Positions 1 through 17,651 of a DNA stretch of 60,984 nucleotides are shown here, one piece after another (within the stretch, counting starts at the first letter, position 1; each line of letters opens with the position of its first letter). This stretch comes from Eledone cirrhosa (lineage: Eukaryota). A model generated the notes under the pieces. It had not been told where the DNA came from. It saw nothing but the letters and a program-made list of their open reading frames with translations, and made no database searches. The stretch lies in assembly GCA_964016885.1 (NCBI GenBank), contig CAXHJY010001626.1, forward strand, positions 1 through 60,984. Direction: 5' to 3'. A program made the position numbers and the translations under genes.

Positions 1-4286
<4,286 letters not shown>

Positions 4287-4675
4287 CAACTACACCTCTC
4301 AAAGTCAATGACACACGACCGTGACTTCTGGCGTCACGCAGTAATACAGGGTACCCGACCTCCCATGGGTACATGCTGAAGCATATAAACAATATGCCCC
4401 CCCCCCCCCCCTCCACCGCAAGGTGGCCGTGGAGGTGCCACGGCAAAAAAGCACCCAGCCCACACTGTAAAGTGGACGTGTAGGCGCCACGAAAAAGCAC
4501 CCAGCACTCACTGTAAATGAGGTTGGTGTTAGGAAGGGCATCCAGCTGTAGAAATCAAGCCAGATCAGTTCCTGTATGAGCAAGGCATGGTCAGCCGACC
4601 AGACACTGCCCACAACAGGACAACCCGTCTAACCCATGCTAGCGTGGAAGAACGGACGTAAAACGGTGATGATGA
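4287..4675 (+). mobile_element. 3' end of RTE-family LINE inserted in the microsatellite
   Basis: Matches the 3' UTR of the RTE at 19.1-20.8 kb (ggtgttaggaagggcatccagctgtagaa ... aacccatgctagcgtggaa) and ends in a (GAT)n tail. Confidence 0.85.
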
Positions 4676-4724
4676 TATATATATATATACATATATATAT
4701 ACATATATATATACATATATATAT

Positions 4725-4761
<37 letters not shown>

Positions 4762-4822
4762 TATATACATATATATATATACATATATATATATATACAT
4801 ATATATATACATATATATATAC

Positions 4823-4873
<51 letters not shown>

Positions 4874-5240
4874 CACATATATATATATACATATATATAC
4901 ATACATATATATACATATATATACATATATATATACACATATATATATACACATATATATACACATATATATATATACACATATATACACATATATGTAC
5001 ATATATACACATATATATACACCTATATATACACCTATATATACACTTATATATACATATATATACACCTATATATACATATATATATACATATATACAC
5101 ATGTATATATACATATATATACATATATACATATATATATATACATATATATACATGTATATATACATATATATACATATATACATATATATATATACAT
5201 ATATATACATATATATACATATATACATATATATATATAC

Positions 5241-5271
<31 letters not shown>

Positions 5272-5294
5272 CATATATACATATATATATATAC

Positions 5295-5352
<58 letters not shown>

Positions 5353-5533
5353 ATACATATATATACATATATATATATATACATACATATATATACATAT
5401 ATATATATACATACATATATATACATATATATACATACATATATATACATATATATACATACATATATATACATATATATATATACATACATATATACAC
5501 ACAAATATATATATACATATATACACATATACA

Positions 5534-5569
<36 letters not shown>

Positions 5570-5595
5570 TGTATATAGAGAGAGAAACAGAGAGA
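4676..5595. repeat. (TA)n/TACA microsatellite grading into (CA)n and (AG)n
   Basis: Direct reading. Confidence 0.97.
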
Positions 5596-6249
5596 AGGGG
5601 GAGGATTTTCAACAGTAAAAACGCAGAAGGTTTTGGGTTGCCTGTTAGAATTCCGAGATAAAATTAAAAGTAAATAAATAAATAATGTCTTTATTAATGC
5701 ATATACATATATTATTCTGTTACCGGAACACAAATTGAAAGCAACCAATAGAATTGTAACAATAATTTGAGGCAGCTTAGGTTCCATGCAAGTAGCATAC
5801 AATGTCAAAATCTTGGAAACTTTGCTTATCAAAAGCTATCAAGTGAAAAGCATTAACAATAATGATGATAGTAGTAGTAATAATAATGATAATAATAATG
5901 ATTTCATTTATTAGCCACCAGGGCCGACTAATAATAATAATAATAGTAGTAATAATAATGATAATAATAATCAAATATATGATCACTAAACATACCATTG
6001 ACACAAAAGTAGACTTGTTAGAGAATATAAGATGTTATTTGAGAAACTTAAAAGGATGTTAGCAGCCATAGGCAATATAAGTTAGTTACACCTCGTGTGT
6101 TCTGTTGGTTGGGTTTTTCTTTTTTTCCCCTGCTTATACTTTCTTTCACGACACACAACACACACGTTTGGTTATCATTCCTTTTCATCTTACCATTATA
6201 ATTAACTTGAGAGCAATAAAAGACCAAAATAAAATTATCAATAACTAAA

Positions 6250-6320
<71 letters not shown>

Positions 6321-6654
6321 GAGTTATAAAAAGAACCAGGTGAAAATATCTGCTTAGAAGAAAAAAAAAACTTTCAAGTGTGAAACTGTACAGATTGAAC
6401 CCAACAAAGAATAAAAGTTGTCGATGTTTTTATTATAAATATGGTAGGGTTTTACATGAGTAATGTAGTATACTGAAAAGAAAAATGATAATCAACTGAG
6501 ATTATCTAAGCAATTAATAGACAAAACTCCCAATAAGAGTGTATAATATTTAAAAAGATATAAAAGGGGAGATAACTGCATATTGCAAATATTCATAATC
6601 CTAGATGACATCCATTGCAAGATCCAGCCATTGCTAACAATCATAGTCCATATG

Positions 6655-6865
6655 CAGTGGATTGGCAGAATCATTAGAGCATTGGACAAATGCCTGAAGG
6701 TATTTGTTCTGGCTCTTTACAGCCTGAGTTCAAATCCTGTTGAGGTTAACTTTGCCTTTCATCCTTCCGAGGTCAATAAAATAAAGTACCAGTAATGTAC
6801 TGGAACTGATTTAATTGACTTTCCCTTCCTCTAAATTGCAGGCCTTGCACCAAAATTACAATTAA
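6655..6865 (+). mobile_element. tRNA-derived SINE, family A (Meta-like central domain)
   Basis: Head gtggattggcag...gagttcaaatcc (B box), core ctttgcctttcatccttccgaggtcaataaaataaagtaccag, tail ggccttgcaccaaaa. Confidence 0.85.
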
Positions 6866-6881
6866 TATTCACAGTCCTTAA

Positions 6882-8597
6882 GTCTTGTGAGACCATGGAT
6901 CTGTATGTCTTGTGAGACCATGGATCTGTATGTCTTGTGAGACCATGGATCTGTATGTCTTGTGAGACCATGGATCTGTATATCTTGTGAGACCATGGAT
7001 CTGTATGTCTTGTGAGACCATGGATCTGTATGTCTTGTGAGACCATGGATCTGTATGTCTTGTGAGACAATAGATCTATATATCTTGTGAGACAATAGAT
7101 CTATATGTCTTGTGAGACAATAGATCTGTATGTCTTGTGAGACAATAGATCTATATGTCTTGTGAGACAATAGATCTGTATGTCTTGTGAGACAATAGAT
7201 CTGTATGTCTTGTGAGACAATAGATCTGTATGTCTTGTGAGACAATAGATCTGTATGTCTTGTGAGACCATGGATCTGTATGTCTTGTGAGACAATAGAT
7301 CTGTATGTCTTGTGAGACCATGGATCTGTATGTCTTGTGAGACCATGGATCTGTATATCTTGTGAGACCATGGATCTGTATGTCTTGTGAGACCATGGAT
7401 CTGTATGTCTTGTGAGACCATGGATCTGTATATCTTGTGAGACCATGGATCTGTATGTCTTGTGAGACCATGGATCTGTATATCTTGTGAGACCATGGAT
7501 CTGTATATCTTGTGAGACCATGGATCTGTATGTCTTGTGAGACCATGGATCTGTATGTCTTGTGAGACCATGGATCTGTATGTCTTGTGAGACAATAGAT
7601 CTATATATCTTGTGAGACAATAGATCTATATGTCTTGTGAGACAATAGATCTGTATGTCTTGTGAGACAATAGATCTGTATGTCTTGTGAGACAATAGAT
7701 CTGTATGTCTTGTGAGACAATAGATCTGTATGTCTTGTGAGACCATGGATCTGTATGTCTTGTGAGACAATAGATCTATATATCTTGTGAGACAATAGAT
7801 CTATATGTCTTGTGAGACAATAGATCTGTATGTCTTGTGAGACAATAGATCTGTATGTCTTGTGAGACAATAGATCTGTATGTCTTGTGAGACCATGGAT
7901 CTGTATGTCTTGTGAGACAATAGATCTATATATCTTGTGAGACAATAGATCTGTATGTCTTGTGAGACAATAGATCTGTATGTCTTGTGAGACCATGGAT
8001 CTGTATGTCTTGTGAGACCATGGATCTGTGTCTTGTGAGACCATGGATCTGTATGTCTTGTGAGACCATGGATCTATATATCTTGTGAGACAATAGATCT
8101 ATATATCTTGTGAGACAATAGATCTGTATGTCTTGTGAGACAATAGATCTGTATGTCTTGTGAGACCATGGATCTGTATGTCTTGTGAGACAATAGATCT
8201 GTATGTCTTGTGAGACAATAGATCTATATATCTTGTGAGACAATAGATCTGTATATCTTGTGAGACAATAGATCTGTATGTCTTGTGAGACCATGGATCT
8301 GTATGTCTTGTGAGACCATGGATCTGTATGTCTTGTGAGACCATAGATCTGTATGTCTTGTGAGACCATGGATCTGTATGTCTTGTGAGACAATAGATCT
8401 GTATGTCTTGTGAGACAATAGATCTATATATCTTGTGAGACAATAGATCTATATGTCTTGTGAGACAATAGATCTGTATGTCTTGTGAGACGATGGATCT
8501 GTATGTCTTATGAGACCATGGATCTGTATGTCTTGTGAGACGATGGATCTGTATGTCTTATGAGACAATGGATCTGTATGTCTTGTGAGACCATGGT
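6882..8597. repeat. 25-bp minisatellite, about 68 units, two interleaved variants
   Basis: Units gtcttgtgagaccatggatctgtat and gtcttgtgagacaatagatctgtat; no spacers. Confidence 0.97.
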
Positions 8598-8927
8598 CTG
8601 CATCTGAAAAGTTCTTCTCAAAGTCACAAGCCAGAGTAAAGCTTTTTGTGGAATACCAGTAATTGTCAATGAATGTAAGTCTCCCTTCTCCATGCCACTG
8701 ATGTTGGCCAAAGGAAATAAGGGTCAAATTAGCTTGGCACCAGTGAAGTTGTGGGCAAACTCAGAATGTAAATTGAAAAAGATACCACAAAGCATTTACA
8801 TCTGACATTCAAACAATTTCTCCAATCCATTTTAACTTATAGAGACATTTCTATTTGGTTATTTGTAGCTATTGCCATCTTGTTACATATATATAGCAGC
8901 AATGTATGGAATAGAAACATGTCTGTT

Positions 8928-9405
8928 TGACCCTTTTTTTGTCATATTTCTAATTAAATTACCCTGTTTTTAATGAAAATTTTGAAAGGATTTTCTAAAA
9001 TTATTAAATATTTAATCATTAATATGAATTTGCAACATAACAAAAGGTTCTTATATAAAATAATTGTTTCTGATTTAGGCACAAGGCCAAACAGGAACGT
9101 TTATGAATACTTTTATTTCATAGAAACAGAGGTGATTTTGAGCAGGTTGGTCTCAAAAGGGTTAAGCCTTTTTTGGTTATATTGCCTATTATTTCATTTA
9201 ATGTTTAAAGATTTTATTCATTGTTTAGTGGTTTAGTAAAAAAAGTTGTTTTTTTTTCATTTTAAGATGATGTTTATAGTAAAACTCAAAGGTTTCTTTG
9301 ATAAAACTACGATGGGACAGTAATTATAATATGAACAATTTGAAACTAAAATATGTGTCATAGAACCATGGTAATCTCAGATGAGTTGGTATCAAAAGGG
9401 TTTAA
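8928..9405. mobile_element. Two adjacent piggyBac-like (TTAA) MITE remnants
   Basis: Ends ttgacccttt...aaaagggttaa and ttaagccttt...aaaagggtttaa; related ends at 12.3-12.5, 18.4 and 28.8-29.1 kb. Confidence 0.5.
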
Positions 9406-10129
9406 AAAACAAACCTTCTTGTCTGCCCTGGGGTAATGGGGCAGACATCCAAAATTCCAGAGTCCCTTATTTGTAAATACTCCAAAAGAAGACCTTTTCC
9501 ATTAAATTAAAAAAGTATATTCCAAGATCAAGTGAAACATCCTATATCAGCAAAAGCAAATGATACTACTACTACTAATAATAATAATTTCTTAGTATTT
9601 ACAGAATATATAGAAGCTTGACATTGTCTGCTTGTAATAAGACTTTGTATTAGATATATTGGTCTTCAGTTATATGTCTATCCCTGAATATGATGGTATA
9701 TGTGTGAATGGTTTTGTTTTTATATTGTTTACTTGGAAGATCTGAAGGAAGAGGATGGGCCCATGACCAAAACAAAACCTCCAAAACAAGAGATCAATAC
9801 TGCTACTGTTGCAGGTTCATCCAATTTAGGAAAGACATGAACAAGGAGAGGGTTGGTGGACAAGTGTTTGCAAGTGCTCATGTAAATTTCAATAAAAATA
9901 TGTGACTATGTACAGTCATGTGTTCTTTTGTACACATACATACACACACACAAACAAACACAAACACACATGCTTACAACGTTATTTAGAGCAAATATAA
10001 GGATAACATTGAAGTGTGATTATAAGTGTGTACAGAATGAGTCTGCAAAATTTCATGTGTACAAAGGAAAGAAATAGAGACAGATAAGTCTAATAAATAC
10101 ATGCAAAGATTGTGAATATATAAATATAT

Positions 10130-10866
10130 CCACACTGTAAAGTAGTAGTTTTGGTGCCACGAAAAAAGGCACCCAGTCCACACTGCAAAGTGGTCATTTT
10201 GATGCCATGATAAAAGGCTCCCAGTCCACACTGTAGAGTGGTAGTTTTGGTGCCACGATAAAAGGCACCCAGTCCACACTGTAAAGTGGTAGTTTTGATA
10301 CCACAATAAAAGGCTCCCAGTCCACACTGTAGAGTGGTAGTTTTGATGCCACAATAAAAGGCACCCAGTACAAAAAGTAGAGTGGTCAATTTGGTGCCAC
10401 GATAAAAGGCACCCAGTACACACAGTAGAGTGGTCAATTTGGTGCTACAACAAAAAGTGCCCAGTCAACAATGTAAAGTGGTCATGTGAGTGTCACAACA
10501 TGAGGCGCCCAGTTCACACTATAAAGTGGTCATTTTTGTGCTCCAACAAAAAGCGCCCAGTCCACTCATAACGTGGTTGTGTAGGTGACATTAGAAAAAG
10601 TGCCTATGTAGGTGTCATAGCAAAACAAACCCGGTCATAACTGTAAAGTGGTCGTTTTGGTGTCACGATGAAAGGTACCCAATCCACACTGTTAATATGG
10701 CTGGTGTTGGGAAGGGCATCCAGCTGTAGAAACCAGAAACAGTTCTGTATGAGCAAGACATGGTTATCTGTCCTGATTTGACTCAAAACAGGGCAACTCG
10801 TCGAACCCATGCTAGCGTGGAAAATGGACATTAAATGGTGGTGGTGGTGATGATGATGATGGTGAT
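10130..10866 (+). mobile_element. RTE 3' UTR fragment with an internal 48-bp tandem array (about 12 units)
   Basis: Unit cacactgtaaagtggtagttttggtgccacgataaaaggcacccagtc starts at 10131, 10179, 10227; followed by the RTE 3' end and (GGT)n(GAT)n tail. Confidence 0.85.
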
Positions 10867-11550
10867 TTTTTCTGGTAAAATCCTAACAATCTCTTACATA
10901 ATGATTGTACTGAATTGTTTTACCTGTCTGTCATATAAATACTAGAAACTCATAAAATTGTTCTAAAATGTTTCTTTAGAATAAATAACTTAATTCATTA
11001 CACCTACACACATATACATGTGAATTATATATCATCTGGTGATCCTGTGAGTACACAGGTGAAACAAGATTCATAACTTAAGTCATAATAAAGAATATTA
11101 TTAAATTCTACTTCAGTATTGAGTACTCGTTCTCACATCTGTCAACATCACCTGATCTGACCTATCTCACAACAGGACAACTCAGCTAATCAATGCTACC
11201 AGGAAAAATGGACATTAAACGATGATGATGGTGATGATGATAAATTTATTGTTTACAATGTGGAGCAGAGTATCCTGCCAAAGGAACTATGTACACTAGT
11301 AATATTATAACAAAAGCAATGTCTGTTTGTCCGGCTGTCACGCTCACTCTATATAGAGAAGGAGAGCACCAAGCAGGAGATGTGTACATAGATAGAGAGA
11401 GAAAAGGGAAAACCATGTTTTCGAGGTGACAGAAAGAAGTAATAGACAGAAAGTTACACCATCACCCTCATCTAATGTGTGATGATAGATCCTCCATTGA
11501 TTTCAACAATAAGCACTCAGTTGTATGTCCAACTCATCAATTAACAAGCA

Positions 11551-11793
11551 TGGAAGAAAGATAAATATTTACTGGGTATATGTCATGGTAGATTGGAAGA
11601 AAGACAAGTATTTACTGGGTATATGTCACAGTGGATTGGAAGAAAGAGAAGTATTTACTGGGTATATGTCACAGTGGATTGGAAGAAAGACAAGCTTTAC
11701 TGGGTATATGTCACATTGGATTGGAAGAAAGATAAATATTTGCTGGGTATATGTCACAGTGAATTGGAATAATGACAAATATTTGCTGGGTAT
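11551..11793. repeat. 43-bp tandem repeat, about 5.5 units
   Basis: tggaagaaag recurs at 11551, 11594, 11637, 11680, 11723. Confidence 0.9.
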
Positions 11794-12344
11794 GGTTTGT
11801 TATAGCTGAGAAAGGGCTTGAAGAGTAAAGTTAAAAGGAAGTTTGTATTGTCATCATGTTTTCTGAAGATAACATATTTGTGGTTACATGAACCTAAACT
11901 GTTGCACATCATGTTTAGTGCAGAAAGGCAGGGTTACACTCACTAAATGGAACTACATTACATAGGAATTACTGATATAAGCATACGTCTTGAAATATTC
12001 AGGAACTAACTTTACACAACTGAAATATAATGCTGAATCCTTTCAACAGTTCTAAATATTATAAACACAAGAGAGTTTATATTTCTCACATTATATACAG
12101 CATTCCATTGTCATCTAGGTTCATGTCTCCCATCACTGGTACATGTGAATTTTCACTTTTAATTATAACAGTATTGAGATTTCTAGGTTGTTGTTTTACA
12201 AACATAAATAATTTTCTTGGTGGAAGAATGAATATGTATCAATTTGTATATATTTATCAGTGCATTTATGATGATCTACAGCAGTTGCTTTCAAATGTTG
12301 CACCAAGATGCACTGGTGTGCTGTAAGCATTATCTAGGCAATAA

Positions 12345-12546
12345 TTTAACCTTTTGGGAACCATACTCCTAATTAAACAGAGTGTTTCAAATAATTAATG
12401 AAGTATTTGGAAGGATTTTCTAAACTTATTCATTAGCTCATGATTAATGTATTATTTGTAGCACAAGAAAAAAAACATTGGAAATGGACAATCTTGTTTT
12501 ATAGCACCAGAGGAGGTCTTAGGCAGACTAGTATTAAAAGGGTTAG
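12345..12546. mobile_element. piggyBac-like MITE remnant
   Basis: tttaacctttt ... aaaagggttag terminal inverted motifs. Confidence 0.45.
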
Positions 12547-12948
12547 TACTTCATAAAATCCATATTAATGCTTGAGTGTCTTCAAAAAGGTATTATTAAG
12601 TTTATAAACACACATTTGGGTAACAAAACAGGGTAAACAATGGTTCTCTATTTTCAAAACTTTCCATGTGAACAGCACCTGTAATATTATTTAATCTAGT
12701 GCACCACTAAGTCTAAAAGACTGGAGACCACAGATCACAGCAAACAATATGTAAATACTTTATGAAGTTCATTTTACAATCACATGGCCTTGGGTTCTAT
12801 CTCACTGTATGGCATCTTGAGCAAGTGAGTGACAGCCTGGGACTAACCAAAACTTGTGGGTGAATTTGATAGACACACTGTAGGAAAGCCCATCATCTCT
12901 GTATATGCATGTGTGTGTGTGTGTGTGTCTGTGTGTGTGTGTGTGTGT

Positions 12949-13037
<89 letters not shown>

Positions 13038-13039
13038 AA

Positions 13040-13272
13040 ATGAAATCGAAAATGCAACTGGACCCTTTTTTTTTTTTAAATATATATTTATTTGGTTCCT
13101 TTACCAGTTTCGCATTTCTTCTGCTTTTCAAAAGTAAAGGAACCAAGTAAATATATATTTAAAAAAAAAAAAAGAGTCCAGTTGTATTTTCGATTTCATC
13201 TTTTTTCCTTATACTTTCACTCGTGTAGGACACCTCGGTTTTTTTCATTTTGTTAAAAAACCTCACTTTCTA

Positions 13273-13275
<3 letters not shown>
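13040..13275. mobile_element. Fold-back Penelope-like element terminus between microsatellites
   Basis: About 62-bp inverted arms 13040-13104 / 13134-13199; the same tail occurs at 53928-53996. Confidence 0.7.
13099..13134 (-). ncRNA. Minimal type-I hammerhead ribozyme, U3-A8 core variant
   Basis: Minus strand: CUU-UUGAAAA-GCA gaagaaa UGC-GAAA-cugg-UA/AAG. Confidence 0.65.
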
Positions 13276-13277
<2 letters not shown>

Positions 13278-13371
<94 letters not shown>

Positions 13372-13378
13372 AAGAGAA
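13278..13378. repeat. (AG)n microsatellite
   Basis: Direct reading; a (TG)n tract lies at 12910-13017. Confidence 0.98.
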
Positions 13379-14984
13379 ATATACATATATGCACAGGTGT
13401 GTTTCCTTTCTCTTCACATTCAACATCACATGCAGTGATATTTGTTTGCATCATTCATGAACAGATATAGCGCTACTCTGAAGTTAGATGTATGAAGATC
13501 TGTCATAGCATACTTAAAAAAATAAATAAAAGAAAAAAAATAGGGTTGGCATTAGGAAGGGCATCCAGCTTGATATTCCTACCTCAAAAAGTCTTGTGTA
13601 ACCTATACCAATATGATGGGAGGGGATGGAAATGGACATAAAACTGATGGTGATGATGGTGAACAGAGGTCTGCAAATGACATATGGATAGGTTTCTATG
13701 ACATGAGAAACCTAGAAACAATGGGTATTCAGAGTTATTTTAGAATAGCTCTGTTAAGTAGCAAGCATGAGTCATGGTGTGTTAGGTTATTATTACCAAC
13801 TGATAAAACCAAATGCTGTGTATGTTGTCTAATACTGGGATTGGTTACGGATCCAAATGAAGAGGCTATCTTAGCTTGTTTGCAATGTTTCCATAACAAA
13901 TATTTCTCTCATGTTAAAAGATAAACTGATTATTACATGACTAAATCATTTAAAATAACTGTAACTCTCCTCAAATTTTAAGATATAAGGTTAAAATATT
14001 GTCAAGCAAAATTACATATTTTTGAATCATTATGACAGTGATAAACATATGCTACCACACACACACACACACACACACACAACACTCACTGTTTATTGAG
14101 AGAAAGAAGGGCAATGCCTTTGACACTTTTCGGGGCCTCCAACATATGTAGGAGATAAGGAGGAATGCATTCTCAAACTGGGAACCTGGCCCAAATAGTT
14201 GCAACAGTGTGAACTCTACTAAAGGCACACAAGGACCAGGTGTAGTGTTAAACCAAGTCACAGACTAAGTCTATCACCCAAGTAAACTAAAATGTGATTT
14301 GAACTAAAAAATATATTAGTACTGTAGTATTACTGAAGACTAGTCCTTTGGATTAGCTTGTACAGTATCTTTGGCAACAAAATCTGTTAATTCCACTCCA
14401 AGCCTTTCTTTTAACTCGTAGTTATGCTTTAGAGAGTAAAAACAATGAACTCTGTCTTAATGCCAAGATATGACAAAACACACTGTGATTTAGAAGTGTC
14501 AACAATGTTACAAAATTAACTTTACTAACACACCTATGTTATAATTACTAACAGCATAAATTATAATTACTAACAGCCTCAATTATAATTACCAGCCGTG
14601 AAGTAAAATTATACGTAATAAAATAATAGAAAGTGTATGTTCACATGGTTATGCACACTGAAATTTGATTCAAAGAAGCAAGTATCACCTAATGATTATT
14701 ATATTTACAAAAAAACACAAAAAAGGTTGGTGCCAAGGAGGGAATCTAGCTGTAAAACATTACCTCAAAAAACGCCCTCATAATGAGTATGAAACCTGTC
14801 ATGAGGTCTGCAAGGAAAATAGTTTTAAAATGATTGTTGCATTTACAAATAACAAATATTATTTTACACAGTTTTTCCTGCAGTAATTTACACTACACAT
14901 CCTACCAGTTCATAAGAACTAAGAGAGGCCCTCTCCCCAATTGTCACTTCATCTGCTAAAATACCACTCAAGAAAGAAGTTAAA

Positions 14985-15215
14985 GCTAAAGTCTGTCTTA
15001 AGCCCAAACGCTCATCAGGTCGGTGCTCATCCTAGTTTCCTTGGCATTAAGCAACTGAGAGTGCGAAACATCCCCCTGGATAGGATGCATGTTAACTCAC
15101 CAGTTATTGCTGGTACTTATTTTCAGCTGAATATATTAGAGCAATGTGAAATGAAGTGTTTTGTTCAAGAACACAACACAGTACTCTGTCTAGGAATTGA
15201 ACACACAACATTCTA
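14985..15215 (-). mobile_element. CORE-like tRNA-derived SINE (family B), diverged
   Basis: Plus strand gtgaaatgaagtgttttgttcaagaacacaac is the reverse complement of the CORE-like motif. Confidence 0.6.
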
Positions 15216-15840
15216 AGACCAACGTCTTATCCCCTAGGAAAGGAAAGGAAAGGTGCCAATAGTCAGACTGAACCAAAGAAAATATATTTCCATTGGTGAT
15301 GCTCTCTGCTGGTCACAATAGCTGGCAGAAATAGCACCCAAATCTTCATCTATTCAAAACAAAAGAAAATATGAATTAAATCAAAATCTACTGCATAACA
15401 AAAGGAAGGATACATTGGATGTGTGAAAGGGTAAAAGACAAGAATATCATGGTTGGAATATCTTTAACCTGGAACTAATCAACAATAACAAGTTCATGCA
15501 CCTTACTTTATTTTACCCTCCTCTCCTCAACTACAAAAAGCATACCAAAGTAGTTCCATATTTCACATACAGTCAGAGAGTTGGAAGTTCCCCTGGCCCC
15601 TTTTTAGAGCCTTCAAAACGGCATTCTTACAACAGAGACATGGTCTGAATGCTTGTAACAGAGTGAATTTCAGTTAAAGCACCCAAGGACCAACTGGTGG
15701 TGTTGTTAAACAGTGTGACTAATTAAGACTTGCACCTAAGTAGCCCACAGTAGGATTTGAACTCAGCTGTGGCCTCTTGATTTGGGGGAAGTAATGACTC
15801 TACCTGGGGTGATTCCCTACTATCAAATAACATTATTCCA

Positions 15841-16026
15841 ATGGATTGGCAGTATTGGTAGAGGGTCGGACGCCATGCTTTCCAGCATAGTTACGTCCCT
15901 TTACGGTCCGAGTTCAAATCCCGCCGAGGTTAACTTTGCCTTTCATCCTTACGGGGTCGACAAAATAAAGTACTAGTAATGTACTGGGTAATTGATGGCC
16001 TTGTGCCAAAAGTATAAACAATTATT
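15841..16026 (+). mobile_element. SINE family A, young full-length copy
   Basis: tggattggcagtattggtagagggtcggacgcc ... gagttcaaatcccgccgagg ... gtataaacaattatt. Confidence 0.9.
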
Positions 16027-17009
16027 CCAATGACCCTTCAGAGGAATCCTATTTTGGCTGCTTGTATTCATGATCAAATTCTTTTAGTCATTACCCAAAA
16101 TTCATGACCATTGCAAACAACCAGAACAAATTCTACTAAACCACCACCCATGCTCAGTTATATTGCTTTAAAAAAATAGGTTATTTTTAGATTGCAAAAA
16201 AAATAGAATCAAATAATCAAGCACAGTACATATACTGCTGCTACTTGTTTTAAAGAGTTTGAAGTGATAACAGTGAAAACCCATCTAAATGAAACTTAGA
16301 AATATGAAGCAACAAACTTCTCATTAGACCAGCAATATACTAACTTAACTTTTTCTATAAATGATTGCAGACAAATAAGAAAAAAAAAGAAAGAAAAGAA
16401 AGAAAATATACACATACACACACACAAAGTAGTATGATGTTCTGTTAAAGAATAGAAGGGGCCACAATAATAGAAAAATATTCAATACATTAGGTAGAGA
16501 GGGCATCATCATCATAATTTCACATCCAATTTCTGTGCTGGCATGGGTTGGGTGCATTGTCATGGTTCAAGACTAGAGAGACCTCATCTTGCTAATGAAT
16601 TCCATAATTGGTTTCTATAGCTGGATGCTTTACAAACCACTTTACAAAGTGCACAAGATGCATCTTATTGGGGCAGCAGCACTATCTCATTACAGAGTAT
16701 ACTGAGAGCATTTTACCATGGCTCTAGACTTTTTATTGTCTCTATTTGTTTGGTACTTTATTTTATTTCAGTAAAATGACTTTTACAGGACTAGTTCTAT
16801 TTCACTTGATGACGAAATCATTAGATGGTCATAATATATATTATATATATTTTGGATGACTGTGCTATGTGCCTGGTTGCTATTTTTATACCTAAAAGCC
16901 ACAACCCAACATTAATCTCTCTCTATATATATATAAACAAAGGAAGTATATTTAGAAAGCAGCGAGTGAAGTTTGAAAAATGAAGCAAAAATATAAGACT
17001 TCACTGAGC

Positions 17010-17070
17010 TATATAAACTCACTAAAAAAAAAGATGGGTACTCATCTTTTTCTATTTAGTGGGTTTATAT
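17010..17070. repeat. About 60-bp near-perfect palindrome
   Basis: atataaactcactaaaaaaaaagatgggt|actcatctttttctatttagtgggtttatat. Confidence 0.8.
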
Positions 17071-17334
17071 GCCCCATTATTAAAACTATATTATCTTAGT
17101 CGGATGTTATGGTGAAGCCTTATATTCCTATAAACTATATATAAACTTGTTTGTTTTATCTCGGTGTAATAAATACACTAAATATGCACTGGATTAAGGA
17201 TTCATATACGGTACATAAAATCAATGTAACATTTGTTATTAATAGTGACTTAACTTTGAAGTTTTGTCATTTTAATAAGTCAATAATGTAGAGAAAACTT
17301 CAAAATAAACAGCTAACATTAATAACAAACATTA

Positions 17335-17399
<65 letters not shown>

Positions 17400-17512
17400 T
17401 TTGAGTATATGTTGGTTGTATAACAACCCAACCAGGAACTGGGCATATCAGAGTATTGACAAAATTATACACCTCAACAACATATGTACTTGTCTATACC
17501 ACACTTATTCGG

Positions 17513-17567
17513 ACTGCCTGAAGAAGTCACAGCCAAAGATGGCTGTCATCGAAATATATATAGCAGT
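17513..17567 (+). ncRNA. Type-I hammerhead ribozyme with canonical core
   Basis: ACUGC-CUGAAGA-agucACAGCCAaagaUGGCUGUcauc-GAAA-uauaua-UA/GCAGU, immediately followed by AATAAA; host segment 17396-17618 sits between two (AT)n tracts. Confidence 0.85.
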
Positions 17568-17611
17568 AATAAACGAAGCTAAATTTTAAACATTTGACTT
17601 ATTTATTTTAC

Positions 17612-17651
<40 letters not shown>

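Noticed and set aside
5580-6075. Possible minus-strand exons giving [19 protein letters not shown]...[17 protein letters not shown]
   Set aside because: Phases can be made to fit, but splice sites are weak (GTAACA donor, AAG acceptor), the last piece runs into microsatellite, and no homolog is recognised
6882-8597. Possible CRISPR array or repeat protein (SQDIQIHGLTRHTD)
   Set aside because: Units are contiguous with no unique spacers, the context is eukaryotic with no cas genes, and a 25-bp period cycles through frames
9735-9840. Protein-like plus frame EDLKEEDGPMTKTKPPKQEINTATVAGSS
   Set aside because: Weak acceptor, no partner exons, no recognisable family
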